NCBI RefSeq assembly: GCF_009914755.1
Contig: NC_060947.1
Source of the DNA: the human T2T-CHM13v2.0 reference genome, Homo sapiens
Direction: 5' to 3' (one strand)
Length of the DNA: 64,000 nt
Shown: piece after piece, positions 51,753-64,000 of the stretch
How positions within the stretch are numbered: position 1 is the stretch's first letter
Layout of the letters: each line of letters starts with the position of its first letter
Position numbers and translations under genes: made by a program
The notes under the pieces: generated by a model
The model's database searches: none
What the model was told of the DNA's origin: nothing
What the model saw: only the letters and a program-made list of their open reading frames with translations

Positions 51753-54568
51753 CTGATTTACCCACTTATCTGCCGTGGTTAGTATAGGGTCTGGCATGTA
51801 AGAGATTTTCAAAAACATTTGTCGTACTCAAGTAAACAAATAAACAAGTGAATGGACAAAATTATATATGTTTCCCTTAAACATATCAATCTATTCATAT
51901 ATCATGTACCTAACATGTGGTCAACAAAATGAAAGGGACTAGCAACACAGTTCTTCCCTTTGAGGAAATCACAGATTAGTGAGGGAGGCAAACCTATGTG
52001 ATAGAATCACATTTACAGATATTAACAGTTGTTTTTGTATTTCTTGCCTCTCCACTACCAAAAATATGAGTGCCATTAGACATGCAGCACTCACTGCCTC
52101 AGGGAAGCGATCACAAGGAAGACAGAAGAACCACATTTTAGACACAGAATTTCAATAGAAAAACAGGAAAAAGCCAGTCCCAACTTCTACCGCCTTCACA
52201 GTCTAGATTAATTTTTTTTTTTTGGCTGAGATTTTTAAAAATAAATCTTCATTTGTGTCTTAAGGGAGGGGGAGTAACGGATAAAATAGCTCAGTCAGAT
52301 GTTAGTATGTGGCTTTAAAAGGAGAAGGAAACTTTGCCCCTTTCCTGGGAAAGACCTTGAAAAGCAGCAAGAGTCGCTAGGTCCTCCCTGCCCAATCTAG
52401 TGTGAAGAGCAATATAATAATTTCCTAGATGACCAATATAATCACAGTAAGCAGAAAGAAGGTGGTTTTAAGGAACTCCTACGGTTCTCCAATGACTACA
52501 AGATGGCATGAGAGAAAAATAGGGCTTCTTTGAAGCTTGAGAGGGACATACATGTGGGCAGAGCTTGAGTAGGCCCAGCAGAGTGTTTTGACTGGGAACA
52601 AAGTCAGAGAAAACAATGCCCTGCATTGACCCACAGCTTGCAAACCAGTTTGGACACAGTATCGCTTAGCAGATGCTACAGAGCTAAGTGATGTTCAAGG
52701 ACTAGCTGCAATCCTGCCATGATGATAATAATGCCCAAGAACTCAAGAACAATCTTCAAAAATTGGAGAAAGAGTAGTGCATCTGAAGTGACTAAAATTA
52801 TTTCTGTCACCCATAAGAAAGGGAGGCACAAAATGTTAATATAACTCAGAGTGAATAAATCTGACATGTGTGCTGCTACATACATAAGCAAAGAATTACA
52901 ATATAATGTAGTAACTAGAGTAAGAGATGTTAAGAACAGGGTAATACGGGACACCATGGAGGAGCATCCTGGGAAGGCTCCAAAGAGACAGTGGTGTTTA
53001 CGTTTAAAAGTAAGTTACCCAAGTGAATGAGTTGGGAAGGAACTTCCAGACAGAGAAGGAAGCAGGGGATAAAACTTAAACACCAAAAAAAGCATATTTT
53101 TAGAGCATAAAACACAGGAGAGGGGAGATGACAGAGATCAGGTTGTACCTACAGAGCAAATTGATTCAAATGATGACAGAAATGTTAGCATTAAACCAAA
53201 TATGTCATCAGCAGCTATAATGACCACAGCTTCAAGTATCTGATGTTGACATTTTAAATTACCTATGTGATTTAAAAGGTAGCAAATCTATCCCTTCTAT
53301 TTTTGTTTCCCATTATGGGTAAAGGTTCAAAATTCAGCAAGCATCTAACTTTTTTCATTGGTCTGTTTATAAGGCCTACTTGTTATACGAAATACACTAG
53401 AAGGACAAAATATTATGGGCTCTGAAATTGTTAATTGATCTCATGAGCTGAATATTGCCTACATTTAATAATTTAGGACTGGAGTGACTGTGTGGTTCAT
53501 TTTGTTTGTTAGACCTGATTAACTTCTGTACCTTTCCTGAAGTAGCACTGGAAAGGGATGTTGTTCTTCTGAATGTTAAATGTTAAGTAATGACCAGAGA
53601 CAGGATTTCATTGTTTCCACTTAGCACCATTAAATAAAGACACATGATGGGGAGACGTCTAAACGCAAGCCTCAACATGTGGTAGAATTCAGTCATCACT
53701 TTGCAATGAGACCCTCAGTACCAGAGTATTCATCAGACAAGTGTTAGTGTGGGCTTTGCACATGGCTAAGTAGCAAGCTCAGGTGCTCTCTCACTCTCCC
53801 TCTTTGACCTATTTTCCCGGGTCTAATCTAATCACTAATTCTTTCTTATCTCTAATCAGTGTAGGTGAGAACACCCAAAACACAAAGTTAAATGCTTTAG
53901 ACACATGGGAATGATGCCCTGCTTTAAGAAAAACAAACATGGTATGAATGACTCCCAACTCCCCACTCAAAATATATTAGTTTTTAAAAATTATTTTAAC
54001 TTTATAAAAAATATTTACAACAGGCTCTCAGCATTTCAATTATGAATGTTCTATAAATATTTGCAGACTATGCTGAAATTAGTTTATTACATAAAAGGAG
54101 GTACACCTGCAGAGAGTAATTAAATAGTTGCACTGGAAGAGAAATGGTGGCATTTGTTATTATTGTATTCTCAGAATTGACTCATTTTTCATATAAGCCA
54201 CTAGATCTCATAAAATCATGGCCAGAATTATGAGTACCTGATATAATGGAGAGTTTAGAAATTGTCTATTATATTTTGGTTAATAAGCAAAACATTTGGC
54301 ATTTATATATGCACATAAGCATTCCATTGAGTAACTCACACTTTGTTATTCAGAAAGTCGATAACAGATATTAAATTATTAAGCTGTCACTTTATTTAAA
54401 ATCAACTTCATTTCACACTTTTAAGTAACAGTCATATGTCAGAGACCACTAAATGTTATATGAAATATACAGGACATAACTGTGGCTGCTATAGCACTTA
54501 CAACAGGGAGAAAATAAAAATTACAACAATACTTACTACATGAGGCAGAATAGGATCACACTGAAATA

Positions 54569-54980
54569 CAGCTGACCCTTGAACAATGCAGGTTTGAACT
54601 GCACAGATCCACTTACATGTGGATTTTCTTCTACAGTTACTATCCCTCAGACGGCAAGACCAACTCCTCTTTTTCCTCCTTCACCTATTCAATGTGAAGA
54701 TGAGGATGAAGAACTTTATGATGGTCCACTTCTATTTAATGAGTAGTAAATATAGTTTCTCCTCATAATTTTCTTAACATTTTTTCTCTGGTTTTCTTTA
54801 AGAATACAGTATATAATACTCATATAAAATATGTGTTAATTGACTGTTTATGTCATTGGTAAGGCTTCCAGTCAACAGAAGGCTATTAACAGCTAAGTTT
54901 TGGGGGAGTCAAAAGCTATAGATTTTCACTTGTGCAGGAAGTCAGCACCCCTAACCTTCACATTGCTCAAGGGCCAACTG
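54569..54980 (+). mobile_element. Tigger2a-like DNA transposon (non-autonomous)
   Basis: TIRs CAGCTGACCCTTGAACAATG / CATTGCTCAAGGGCCAACTG with TA TSD on both sides. Confidence 0.9.
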
Positions 54981-54999
54981 TATACACAAGATATTAATA

Positions 55000-55215
55000 T
55001 CTTATATGCATACATTATCTCATTGAATCATCCCAAAAACCTTTGCAGTACACTCATTGTCCCCACTGTTACAGACGGGAACAGAGAGGCTAAGGAACAT
55101 TAGGTAACTCACTAAAAATCACGAGCTTGATAAATGGCACTAATGATAAATAGCTCAGGTTCAAAATCAGGCAGGTTTTATAATTCCAAAATTGTTGCTC
55201 CACCCACCTTGCCTA
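55000..55215 (-). mobile_element. MIR
   Basis: CATTATCTCATTGAATCATCCCAAAAACC...TTACAGACGGGAACAGAGAGGCT...GGTTCAAAATCAGGCAG. Confidence 0.7.
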
Positions 55216-55219
55216 CTAC

Positions 55220-55700
55220 CGGAGTGCAGAGTGTGGGAGAAGCAGTATCAGGAAATAAAAGCCCAAAGGTGAATCAGAGCCAGACTGTGGATACTTGGAA
55301 TGTCACAGTAATAAGTTTTCACTTCATCCTCTGTACAATAGGAAGGCACTGAAGTCCTTTAAGCAGAACAGCAACGATATCCAATTGTTATTTTAGAAAG
55401 ATCAGATCATGCCTCACTATGAGTAATAGGCTTTAGGAGCAGCTAGAAGCTGAACAAGAGTCCCATTAGAAGGTTGTTGTAGTTCAGAGGAGCAATAATG
55501 GTGGTCTAGATCAGTAAAGTGACAGTGAAGGTGGAAAGTAATAAATGTTGGTGACATCGTGCATGCAAGATCAATCTGACCTTGGAGCTTTGATCCAGAG
55601 GACAAGTGGGCATGAGAAGCAAGAGAAGTACCTCAGCTTAGCACTAGGGCACCTAGAAGGATGGGATGACTATTAACCGACACCAAAACAGAGAAAGCCG
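55220..55700 (-). mobile_element. L2 fragment
   Basis: GGAAGGCACTGAAGTCCTTTAAGCAG; TTTTAGAAAGATCA; TTAGAAGGTTGTTGTAGTTCAG...ATGGTGGTCTAGA. Confidence 0.7.
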
Positions 55701-56499
55701 CACAAATTTAGAATCCAGAAGAAAATGATAAGAGGGCTTATGAATGTTTCCATGTTTTCTTTTCCAGTGGCACATTTACTTATTACAGCCTGAATTTTCA
55801 TGATGCTAAATAAGCAATATGTTTACACCTGATCAACTGGTCAGGTTGATGCATCGGCAGGGCAGGTTACTTGAAATATGCAGAGCAGCCCATGAATGAA
55901 TCCTCAAGATGATTACATCTGTTAAAGTGGATATTCTTGAGGTCAGTGTCCTCTGACATTTGTAAGTCCAGGAACTGGGCTCCGGCTTCAGGGCTCAGTA
56001 AACCAATAGATTCAGCCAATGGCTACTTCCCAAAGAAGTGTCAGAAGATACTTTAACAGGAACTAAGACCTTCAATGTAATCCAAATGATTTATTTTCAC
56101 AGCAGCTAAATAAAGTATGTTATCTTTTCATACAGAAAAGCAGATAAGTATATGAGGGCAAATCTCTAAAACTTGCCAGTTCCTGAACAATACCGGAAAT
56201 GGAAAAGCTTTTGAATACTGGGTCTTCAAACACTGCTGTTCTCACCCGTGCAGGCCTCTATCTCCTCAGAAAGCCTCCTAAAGGCCATCTCCACAATAAA
56301 ATGCAAAACATTCAAATGAAGACTGCATTCTAAGGGGGTTTGTCAGAAGACAAAATTCGGACTGCCCAGTTTTTTCATCCTGTTATCAGTTCAGATAGAG
56401 AGTTGACTATGTGGGTAAATGTTCCAGGCAGTGGTAATTAAGAAGCATCAAAACAATGCAGTGATAAATGAATCCATTGACTCATTCATCCATTCATCT

Positions 56500-56712
56500 G
56501 GGAAAGCAGTATACCCCAGTGATCACAGGCTATGGGGTCAGAAAGACATTGGTTTGACTCTCATCTACCTCCTAGCTTTGTGGCATCAGGCAAGTCACTT
56601 AACCATGCCTCAATTTTCTCATCTGTGAAAGGAGAGTGATAATGGCAAATATAAACGTTACATATTTAATGCTGTGCCTGGCACAAAGTGGTCAGCCAAA
56701 GACTAGTAGTGA
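56500..56712 (+). mobile_element. MIR
   Basis: GGGGTCAGAAAGAC...GGCAAGTCACTTAACCATGCCTCAATTTTCTCATCTGTGAAA...GTGCCTGGCACA. Confidence 0.8.
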
Positions 56713-59700
56713 GGTTAACACTCAATATTTATGGAACACCTGCCACGTGCAAGTCAATGAACTGCAGGCAGCAGAGAAACAAAGAGGCCCCTGCTCTCCA
56801 AAAGTGTTTATCTGGAAATCTGAATTGGAAAGCAAAGTATCATGAGCCTTTTTCTTTAATAAGGCAGGCATATTTATGCCAACTCAGCTTTCATAAGCCA
56901 CAAACACTGCTGAACATATTACTACTTCTCTACGAAAGGAATCATTGACTTTTACATTATAACCGCTACAACACAATTCAGGGAAAAAAAGATTTTAAAA
57001 TAAAAATATATTAATGAATTATTCATCTTTGATTCTACTCCCAAGAAGGAGCATGATACATTTTTATGGTTTCAAAGGTGAGACTCAAGTCATTATTCTG
57101 AAGTATGTTTTGAGAAACACTGATTGTGAGCAATTAACTGCAGCACTCATAAGATGACTGTAATGCTTCATTTGTTCAAATAATTGTGCATGCCTCCAAA
57201 TGAGCGGACCAGATACAAGCAACCGCAAAACACATTTACAAAACTGAGACTTTATTCTTCAAAACATGTTTGAACTGCTAGTTTGTTTTGTCTTCCAATC
57301 TCCATAACAAACATTCCAAAAAAGGCCTTCTTACACTTTAATTATGAAATAAAGAGACATCCAAAGGAGTGAGAACTATTTCCAGACACTGAGTCCTGTG
57401 CAAAAAAATAGCTTGTTAGCTTAAACCAAATGTTTTCAAATAACGGGATTTATTATTTCAAATTTTTATAAATACCATAGTAATTGGTTTGTAAATTTAA
57501 TTTCCAGATGGCATTTCCCCAAAATCATTTAGAGAAAAACAGTAACTCAGGACTGAGAAGCTTTCTACCATAACGTGATTTTGCATTCTTACAGATGAAA
57601 GGGTTTGGTGGTGCTGTTTAGGTTTTATTTTCTTATGCGGCGGAACCTTATCAGATATTATAGTCAAGCTATGCTACAGTCAGATGGTTGTAGAGGTACT
57701 CCCATGGCACTCCTCATTAAGATAAATTATTTTGCTTCTAAGACTATTTCAGCCCATATAATTTTAAATACAATTTTTAATTAATAGTTTCCTAGTTACA
57801 TGGTAATTGTGGTTCCCACCAAAAGGCAGGTTCAAATCCATATGACAGGATCAGTTGCAAAACAGAACAGACTCCTAGAGATAGAAACCGAGTTCACACA
57901 ACAGAGTATGAAACCAGCAGAAACATTCCACAGCCTCCAAAGCACCTTCTCAACTTCTAAGGTATTGAAAACAGTAACAATGAACTTGAAACTCTCCAAC
58001 TGGATTAACCAACAGGCTTATTTCATACCGTAAGCTATATTTTTCTGAACTGGACAATGCATTTTCAAATCCAGGTTCCCATTAGCCTATTTCAGAACTT
58101 ATTACTAGAATTATACATTCCATAGTGAGATTGACCATACATATTAATTTTTCTGTGCTGTTCACAGAACATTTTCTTTTGCACCTCCAAGTCTCTTTTA
58201 GTCATAAATATAACAGTAATCCCTAGTGACATATTCAGTGATAACAATTGACTGTGTTCTCTCTTCAAAACTGTTTTTCCTAAGATGCTGGTTTTAATTA
58301 GCCTCACAAATTCAAAGTAGAAGCCAGCTGCCCTTTATGCCAGCATTCGAGGTATTGTGTTTTTGCTCAAGATCCTTAGTATTTGCTTTTACCCTATATG
58401 TGCACCACAAAAAAAGCTCGTGAGTTCTCAGGACTAAAATGTTTCCCATAAAATAGAATGTTGAAATTCAGATGATGAATTCTTACTACCAATTCTTTGA
58501 GAGATCTCTCCTATGCTCACAATTATTTCGAGTTAAATAGAATGAGTGTAAGAAAGGATGAAATTGAGCATTCAGATACCACTCCTGTGAGCAGAGCATT
58601 AAATCTGAGGCTTCTTCCAGCTTGTCTTCTGTTGACTACCCTAGCCTTCATTTCAAAAAGCCTCTTCAGAAACACAACTTTAGGATATTAATGGTGATTC
58701 CCAAAATCTAAGCCCCAGTTGGCTATCATCTCTTTCTCTGTGTATTTACACTGTCTTTTTCTTCATCACCCATACATATTTCATAACTAATTCTAATTCC
58801 TAAAGGTGTATCTGAGGGCGTAGTTTTTTATATATGTATAGATAAATGATTAAAAGGTAAAATATTTTCATATATGTATCCCCTGATAAATCTTTCCAGG
58901 AAAAAAAGTGACTTAGCTTTTGGTAGTGGGAGGAGAGTGTAGTGCTGTTATTTAAATTGCTTTAGTGCCATTTCTTGAACACTCACTGTATTATACTAAG
59001 TTTTGAGGAGGTGTAAAAGACATTAAGTTTTGTGCTCTTAAGAAATGTGTAATAAAACAGGAGTCACCATGAAGACACATACAAAGTTCCAAAAACATAT
59101 CATTCAAATTTGCATTTAGCTGACTAAATAAAGTGATGCAAGAATATATATACATAAAAGGGGTAGGTTTCCTGGAAGCATTAGTATCAAAATATGTAAA
59201 ACTCATAAACCTTTGAAGTAGGCAAAGGGCCGTGTGGTTGCAAGGTGGCAGTACAGCATTTACAACTGGTATAATGCTTCGCATGAAAAACCAAAAGGAG
59301 CAATCAAACCCTGCAAGTTCCCCCAAAGCAAGGACCTAAGCAAAGTATTCACTCTGAATTTGGGTACATCCAGAGGTCCAAAAGGATATGCCAACCATAA
59401 TTTTTTTAAACCTGATAGATACGTAGGCACATTAAAGAGATCTTGATTGACTAGGTTAAGGGCAAATAGTTGTCTCCCAAGCATTCAAAGAATAGGGACA
59501 CCCCCCTCAACCTCCCAAGCAACAAACTGTGTGTATATCAGAGAATGAGGCCCCAAGCCAAAACAAGCACACTGTTGGGAGGTTAGTGGGAGTCAGAAAA
59601 AAAAGATGATTTTGAGTACCACAAGGTTTTGGGTCACTGAGGACTCCAGGGATATTGTGCCAAGCCTCTTGGGATGGTGGACTGTAATAAAAATAACTCT

Positions 59701-60304
59701 AAAAAATTATGTCACCCATAATAACACAAGAACTGAGACCATGAGAGCATAAGGCAGCAGTGCCTGTAGACTGACTAGGAGAAAGACATTGCAGAGCACT
59801 GGAGCTACAACCTCACTCTCTTTCCTCCCTCTTCAGGGAGATGGCTGTTGAAAACGGAAGTAGAGAAGAGAGATACTGGGAAAGAGGGCATCCTGAGTTC
59901 AGATTCTTAATTCTGTCTTCCTGGTGACTCTCTGTAGGACCAACTAAATAGCTAAAAGTAACCCTGACAACATACACTTTGGTGCCTAGAAAAAAATCCA
60001 TGACAGTATCTGAGATATTGAGCCTCTTAGAAAAAAAGGGTTAACAGTAGAACGTCATTGGCTTTATAGCTGTAAGGTTAGTAACTAGAACATAAAACTT
60101 TATGAACAGGCTTGTCTCTCCAGTGGAGTATGGAACACAATATACAGTTGCCCAGGAGATTGGGCAATGAAGGTAGGGTGAAGTTTAGCTCACCTAGTGG
60201 ATTCACTTATTGCAGGGAGAGAATCATCTGTGTACAGTTCTAGGAGAGTCCAGCTATTCCTGTCAATAACAGCAGGCTGAATACCATCTCTAGCAGAATC
60301 CTAC

Positions 60305-62580
60305 TGGTTTTTCTAAATGGAAATAGAAAACAGTTCTACAATTCATATGGAACCATAGTAAGCCCTGAATAGCCAAAACCATCTTGACCAAAAAGAACAA
60401 AGCTGGAGGGATTATGCTTCCTGATTTCAAAATATATTAAAAAGGTACAGTAATTAAAATAGTATGGTACTAGCATAAAGACAGACATGTAGACCAATGG
60501 AACAGAATAGAGAGCCCATAAGTAAACCCATGAATGTATGATTAAATTATCTTCAATAGGGTTCCCAGAATTCACAATGGGGTAAGGATAGTTTCTTCAA
60601 AAAATTGTGTGTTGAGAAAACTAGACATCCACATGGAAAAGAATGCAATTTGATCTTTATCTGTGATGGTTAATATTAAGTGTCAACTTGATTGGGTTGA
60701 AGGATGCAAAGTATTGTTTCTGGGTGTGTCTGTGAGGGTGTTTCCAAAGGAGATTAACATTTAAGTCAATGGACTGGGAGAGGCAGACCCACCCTCAATC
60801 TGGGTGGGAACCATCTAATCAGCTGCCAGCATGGCTAGAATAAAGCAGGCAGAACAAAGTGGAATGAGGAGACTTGCTGAGTCTTCCAGCCTTCATCTTT
60901 CCTCCCATGCTGGATGCTTCCTGCCCTCGAACATCAGACACCAACTTCTTCAGCTTTCGAATTTTTGGACTTCCACCAGGGATTTGCCAGGGGCTCTAGG
61001 GCCTTCAACCACAGACTGAAGGCTGCACTGTCGGCTTCCCTACTTTTGAGGTTTTGGGGCTCAGACTGGCTTCCTTACTCCTCAGCTTGCAGATGGCCTA
61101 TTGTGGGACTTCACCTTGCAATCATGTGAGTCAATTCTCCTAATAAACTCCTCTTCGTATATACATCTATCCTATCAGTTCTATTCCTTTAGAATACCCT
61201 AATACATTGCCTTGTACCATACACAAAAATCAAGTTGAAATGAATTAGGAATTTAAGTATAAGACCTGAAACTCTAAAGTGTCTAGAACAACACATAACA
61301 GAAAAGCTACATGAGGTTGATCTAGGCAATGATTTCTTGGTGTGATCACCAAAAGTACAGCAACAAAAACATAATAGACAGGTGGGACTACATCAAACTA
61401 AAAAGCTGCTGTACAGCAAAGGAAATGATCACAAAATATAAAGGCAACCTGTGTAATAGGAGAAAATATTTGCAAACAATATATTTGGTAAGAGATTAAT
61501 ATCTAAAATAGATAAGAAACTCCTAAAACTCAATAGCAAAAAAGCAAATAACTCAATTAAAAAACAGGTAGAGGATATAAAAAGTAACTTCTATAAAGAA
61601 GACATACAAATGGTAAATGGGTATATGAAAACATGCTCAATATCACTAATCATCTGGGAAATGCAAATCAAAACCACAATGAGATATCATCTCATACTTG
61701 TTAGAATGGCTATTCTCAAAAAAAAAAAAAAAAAACAAAAACAAAAAACAAAAGATAACAAGTGTTGGTGAGGATGTGGAGAAACTGGAATTCCTGTACA
61801 CTGCTAGTAGGAAAATAAAATGGTAGAGCCACTGTGGAACAAAGTATGGAAGTTCCTAAAAAAATTAAAAATAGAACCACCAGATGATCCAGCATACCCC
61901 TCCTGGGCTATTACTGAAAATACTTGAAAACAGAGTATCAAAGAGCTGTCTGCACTCCCATGTTAATCGCAGCATTACTCATAGCCAAGACATGGAAACA
62001 ACGTAAATGTTCATCAATGGACAAACAGATAAAGAAATGTGGCATAAACATACAATGGAAATTTATTTAGCCTTAAAAAATAAGCGAGTCTTGCTATTTG
62101 TAACAATATGAATGAAACTGGGGGACATTATGCTAAGAGAAATAAGCCAGGCACACAAGGAAAAATACTATATAATCTCACTTACGTAAAGTATCTAAAA
62201 TAGTCAAACTCATAGAAACACACAGTAGATTGGTAGTTGCCAGGGGCTGAGGAGAGGGGCAAGGGGGGAGTTATTTTTAATATAGATATAAAGTTTCGGT
62301 TATACAAGATGAGTAAGTTCTAGACACCTGCTATAAAACATAGTGCCTATCTTTAACAACACTGTATTGTGCACTTAAAAGTTTTGTTGAGGGTAGATCT
62401 CATGTGAAGTGTTTTTCTCACAAAAAAGGAGGGCATAAGGAAACTGAGAGGTGATGGGTACGTATATTACTCTGACCGTGGTGATGGTTTCAGGGGCATA
62501 TGGATGTGTCCCAACTTATGAAACTATATACATTAAATATGTACAAATTGTTACATAATTATGCCTCAATACAGCTACTA
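60305..62580 (+). mobile_element. L1MA10/L1MB-type ORF2 3' portion and 3' UTR, interrupted by MLT2A2
   Basis: AAAAGAACAAAGCTGGAGG...GATGATCCAGCA...GAGGGTAGATCTCATG...ATTAAATATGTACA...CCTCAATA. Confidence 0.88.
60662..61206 (+). mobile_element. ERVL solo LTR, MLT2A2-like
   Basis: TGTGATGGTTAATATTAAGTGTCAACTTGATTGGG...CCCTAATACA; 545 bp; degenerate 5-bp TSD TTATC/TTGCC; L1 sequence is collinear across it. Confidence 0.9.
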
Positions 62581-62887
62581 ATTTTTTTCTTGTACAACAA
62601 AACCTGACATTTCAAAAAGATAATGGTTTTTTGGAAGATAAAAAAATGAAAAACCTAACAGCACAGAGAAAAAAAAAAAGTTAATAATAAGACAGTGAGG
62701 AAAGAGCCAAAAGACCTGAGATATGATTACTAAGAGCTTCATGAAAAAAAAAAACAGGAAGAAATAGAAGAGAAGTAAACTATCAATGATATACTAGCAA
62801 CAATTTTCTTGAGCTAATGAATGACTTCGGTGTTGAGGCTCTAAGACTTTGCTGAGGCATAGGCAGAGTTAATAAAATAATTACATA

Positions 62888-63534
62888 CAATCATCCCTTT
62901 AACATCCTGGGGGATTAGATCTAGGACCCCCACAACGGATACCAAATCTGAAGATGCCCAAATCCCTTATATAAAATGGCATAATATTTGCATATTGCCT
63001 ATGCATCTCCTCCCATATATTTTATTTTTACTTCTCTTTGCTTTTGTTTTTGAGACAGTCTTGCTTTGTCACCTAGGCTGGAGTGCAGTAGCATCTCTTC
63101 TCACTGCAACCTCCACCCTGCCGGTTTAAGCAATTCTCCTGCCTCAGCCTCTCCAGCAGCTGGGATTACAGGCATGCACCACCACACTTGGCTACCTTTT
63201 TTTTTTTTTTTGTATTTTTAGTAGAGACAGAGTTTCACCACGTTGGCCAGGCTGGTCTCGAACTCCTGACTTCAAGCAATCCACCCACGTCATCCTCCCA
63301 CAGTGCTGGGATTACAGGCATAAGCCACCGCACCTGGCCATCCCATGTATTTTAAATCATCACTAGATTCTTCATAATCCTCACACAATATAAATGCTAT
63401 GTAAATAGTTGTTATACTTTATATTATTTTTATTGTTGTAGTGTTATTTGTATTGGTTATTTAAAGAAATATTTTTGATCCAAGGTTTGGTTACACCTGC
63501 AAATGTGGAACCCATGCATACAGAGGGCTGACTG
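62888..63534 (+). mobile_element. MER2 (Tigger family), interrupted by an Alu
   Basis: CAATCATCCCT...GGATACCAAATC...CCCTTATATAAAATGGC...GAGGGCTGACTG with TA on both sides. Confidence 0.88.
63025..63339 (-). mobile_element. Alu (Sz/Jb-like), full length
   Basis: Both monomers; TSD TCCCAT(A/G)TATTTTA at 63011-63024 and 63341-63354. Confidence 0.93.
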
Positions 63535-64000
63535 TAGTTGGATCTACTGTGATAAAATTTTTGAACTCCAAGGATGAAAAATACTCTTGAAAGCTTCAAG
63601 AAAGGAAGAACTGGTTTCTTGTGAAGAGAAGATAAGCAGACTAACATCAAGTATCCTCTGTGCAATACTAGAAGCTAGAATCGAGTGCAGCAACAGCTAC
63701 AGTTTACTGGGAAAAATGAATTGCGATATTAGAATCCTGTAGTGCCCAAGGTCTCACTTACAGGAGATAACAAAGAAAAGGTATTTTAAGACATGCAAGG
63801 ACTCAAAAGGTACTTTCTCAAGAACTCACTCAAAGAAGTACTTCAGCCAAATAAAAAATCTAAACAAAAATCTCCTAAACAAAGTATAAGAAATAGCACT
63901 GAACAATGAATTGTATCATATTTATAATTATATATAAATGAATTAGGATAATAACACTGGAAACTATATAAAAGTGTTTTGTAAGGATTCTTGAAACAGA

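Larger units (their letters stand above)
62640..64000 (+). mobile_element. Ancient L1 ORF1-like/HAL1-like remnant, interrupted by MER2
   Basis: AATTTTCTTGAGCTAA; CAATACTAGAAGCTAGAA; TAGAATCCTGTA; TTAAGACATGCAAGGACTCAAAA resemble old ORF1 C-terminal sequence. Confidence 0.55.

Noticed and set aside
59211-59484. Mitochondrial-carrier motif (PLDVPKFR) or Spinster-like MFS similarity (IMVGISFW) in minus-strand frames
   Set aside because: Short motif-level resemblance only, spacing does not fit either family, and the two readings use different frames; needs an HMM search.

Overview
AT-rich primate (human-like) genomic DNA, identified by its AluS/AluJ, L1PA/L1PB/L1M, L2, MIR, CR1/L3, MaLR/ERVL/ERV1 LTR and Tigger/hAT elements. 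By my rough tally about two thirds of the window is recognisable repeat. I find no intact protein-coding gene, rRNA, full tRNA gene or CRISPR array; nearly all ORFs in the supplied track are translations of L1, Alu or microsatellite DNA. The largest structure is a 10.5-kb L1 nest at 11241-21763 (L1PA16-like > L1MA2-like > young L1PA fragment). Points worth follow-up: (1) a 1.5-kb palindromic AT-rich minisatellite that grew inside an old L1, with a ~330-bp quasi-palindrome and perfect hairpins; (2) four non-canonical templated insertions: a tail-less 5' half of tRNA-Cys ending at the anticodon, a tail-less antisense internal L1 ORF2 piece with a 12-bp duplication, a poly(A)-only insertion, and a 60-bp local copy captured in a microsatellite; (3) minus-strand exon candidates (best 41126-40922) that may belong to an unidentified lncRNA or decayed gene; (4) candidate regulatory sites: a tandem CTCF pair, a double AP-1 palindrome, and MLT2A1/MLT2A2 LTRs with DUX4-like motifs and intact splice donors. 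Subfamily names come from my recall of consensus sequences, not a database search. Boundaries of old elements are approximate. Nothing here demonstrates a new biological system.
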